DNA of 64,000 nucleotides from Escherichia phage dune: sequence record MN850636.1; one strand, 5' to 3'. Shown piece by piece: positions 63,140 to 64,000 of this stretch (position 1 is its first letter; each line of letters starts with the position of its first letter). The notes under the pieces were generated by a model. It saw only the letters and a program-made list of their open reading frames with translations, ran no database searches and was not told where the DNA came from. The position numbers and the translations under genes were made by a program.

Positions 63140-64000
63140 TTATTCGTAAGCCACTGTACCTTTCAAGTCAACATCCAAGATAGCCCCTGCTAAGATACCT
63201 GCGAAGGTAACGTCTTTCAGGATACGAGCTTTCTTGTCTGCTAAAGCAACTTGAGAGGCTTTAGGAACATTAACTGTGTAAGATGACAGGAAGTTTCTGT
63301 TGACTGCTCTTTGCAGAGAGGTTTCAATGACTTGACGAATACGGGTAATACCAGTATCATCATAAGTAATCTTACCACCCTTCTGGTTAATTAGCAAGTC
63401 TCTCAGAGAAGTTTTCAGGTCTGATTCCAACCAGTCAACACCACGGACGATATCAATCCATTCCCCACCAGAAGTAATCCCTCTACGAACCACTGGAACA
63501 CCACCATCAAGGTCAATAAAGTTACAGTGACGTACATCTAAAGCAGACTTCTGAATACTTGTCAGAGGTCTCTGATTAGATGGTTGTAGAGAAGCTGCTA
63601 CGCCAGTTAGCTGAGCATTACCCCAAGCAATTGAGCCTGCATCATATGGAGCACCATAAGCAATGTATGCCATCTCTGGATAATCCTCTGCTGCTGCGTG
63701 ATGCCACAAGCAAACTGTACGAGTGTACATATTCTTAGCAAGCTGTGCTGGAACATCATTTGCACTGGCTAATTCTGTACCTTGCAGGGCTGTTACATCG
63801 GAGTTAGCTGTAAAGAAGATTTTCTTACGAGCCTGAATCTCAGAAGCCATTGCTAAGACAAACTGTTGAGTTCTGTCTTCTGCTGCAATGAAATACCAGT
63901 CAGTAGAGTAAGCTTCGATAGCTGCCAGAGCAGTTGCTGCTGTATCGGCAGTTGTACTTGCAATATATACAGTCTGTGCTGTGGTTGTTACTTTCACAAA
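63140..64000 (-). CDS. Tail sheath protein, C-terminal part (5' end lies beyond the window)
   Basis: ORF runs to the window edge; the track start at 63997 is a GTG. Confidence 0.5.
   Translation of the reverse strand, partial: FVKVTTTAQTVYIASTTADTAATALAAIEAYSTDWYFIAAEDRTQQFVLAMASEIQARKKIFFTANSDVTALQGTELASANDVPAQLAKNMYTRTVCLWHHAAAEDYPEMAYIAYGAPYDAGSIAWGNAQLTGVAASLQPSNQRPLTSIQKSALDVRHCNFIDLDGGVPVVRRGITSGGEWIDIVRGVDWLESDLKTSLRDLLINQKGGKITYDDTGITRIRQVIETSLQRAVNRNFLSSYTVNVPKASQVALADKKARILKDVTFAGILAGAILDVDLKGTVAYE

Overview
This window reads as a contiguous segment of a virulent, AT-rich, contractile-tailed phage genome, with no rRNA, tRNA, CRISPR or integrase signal found. Layout, left to right: (1) 1-1470, a non-coding repeat-rich region including a helically phased array of YTAACAR motifs; (2) 1471-7426, a minus-strand cluster of about 14 small ORFan early genes, each separated by a conserved stem-loop/RBS cassette of two families; (3) 7481-7937, non-coding direct repeats; (4) 7938-38227, minus-strand middle genes: macro-domain protein, candidate overlapping spanin pair, lytic transglycosylase, rIIA/rIIB-like pair, NAMPT-like plus PRPP-synthetase-like NAD+ reconstitution pair split by an HNH endonuclease, NrdG/NrdD, glutaredoxin/NrdB/NrdA, FEN-type exonuclease, SSB-like protein, T7-type primase-helicase, dNMP kinase; (5) 38228-38484, a divergent regulatory region; (6) 38485-49712, plus-strand genes: family A DNA polymerase, HNH endonuclease, ATP-dependent DNA ligase, a two-gene cassette flanked by unusual GT-rich/hairpin arrays, DHFR, thymidylate synthase; (7) 49751-64000, a minus-strand tail module: two His-box tail fibres, baseplate, tape measure, tube, partial sheath. 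The most novel-looking signals are the GT-rich/hairpin arrays at 44320-44660 and 45758-46145, the phased iteron array at 401-680, and the early-gene cassette system. Gene content resembles Felix O1-type and T-even-type myoviruses; that assignment is inference from memory of protein families, not a database search. The supplied ORF track evidently accepts TTG/GTG starts, so several starts were moved to the ATG behind a GGAG-type RBS. Products are called from motifs visible in the translations.
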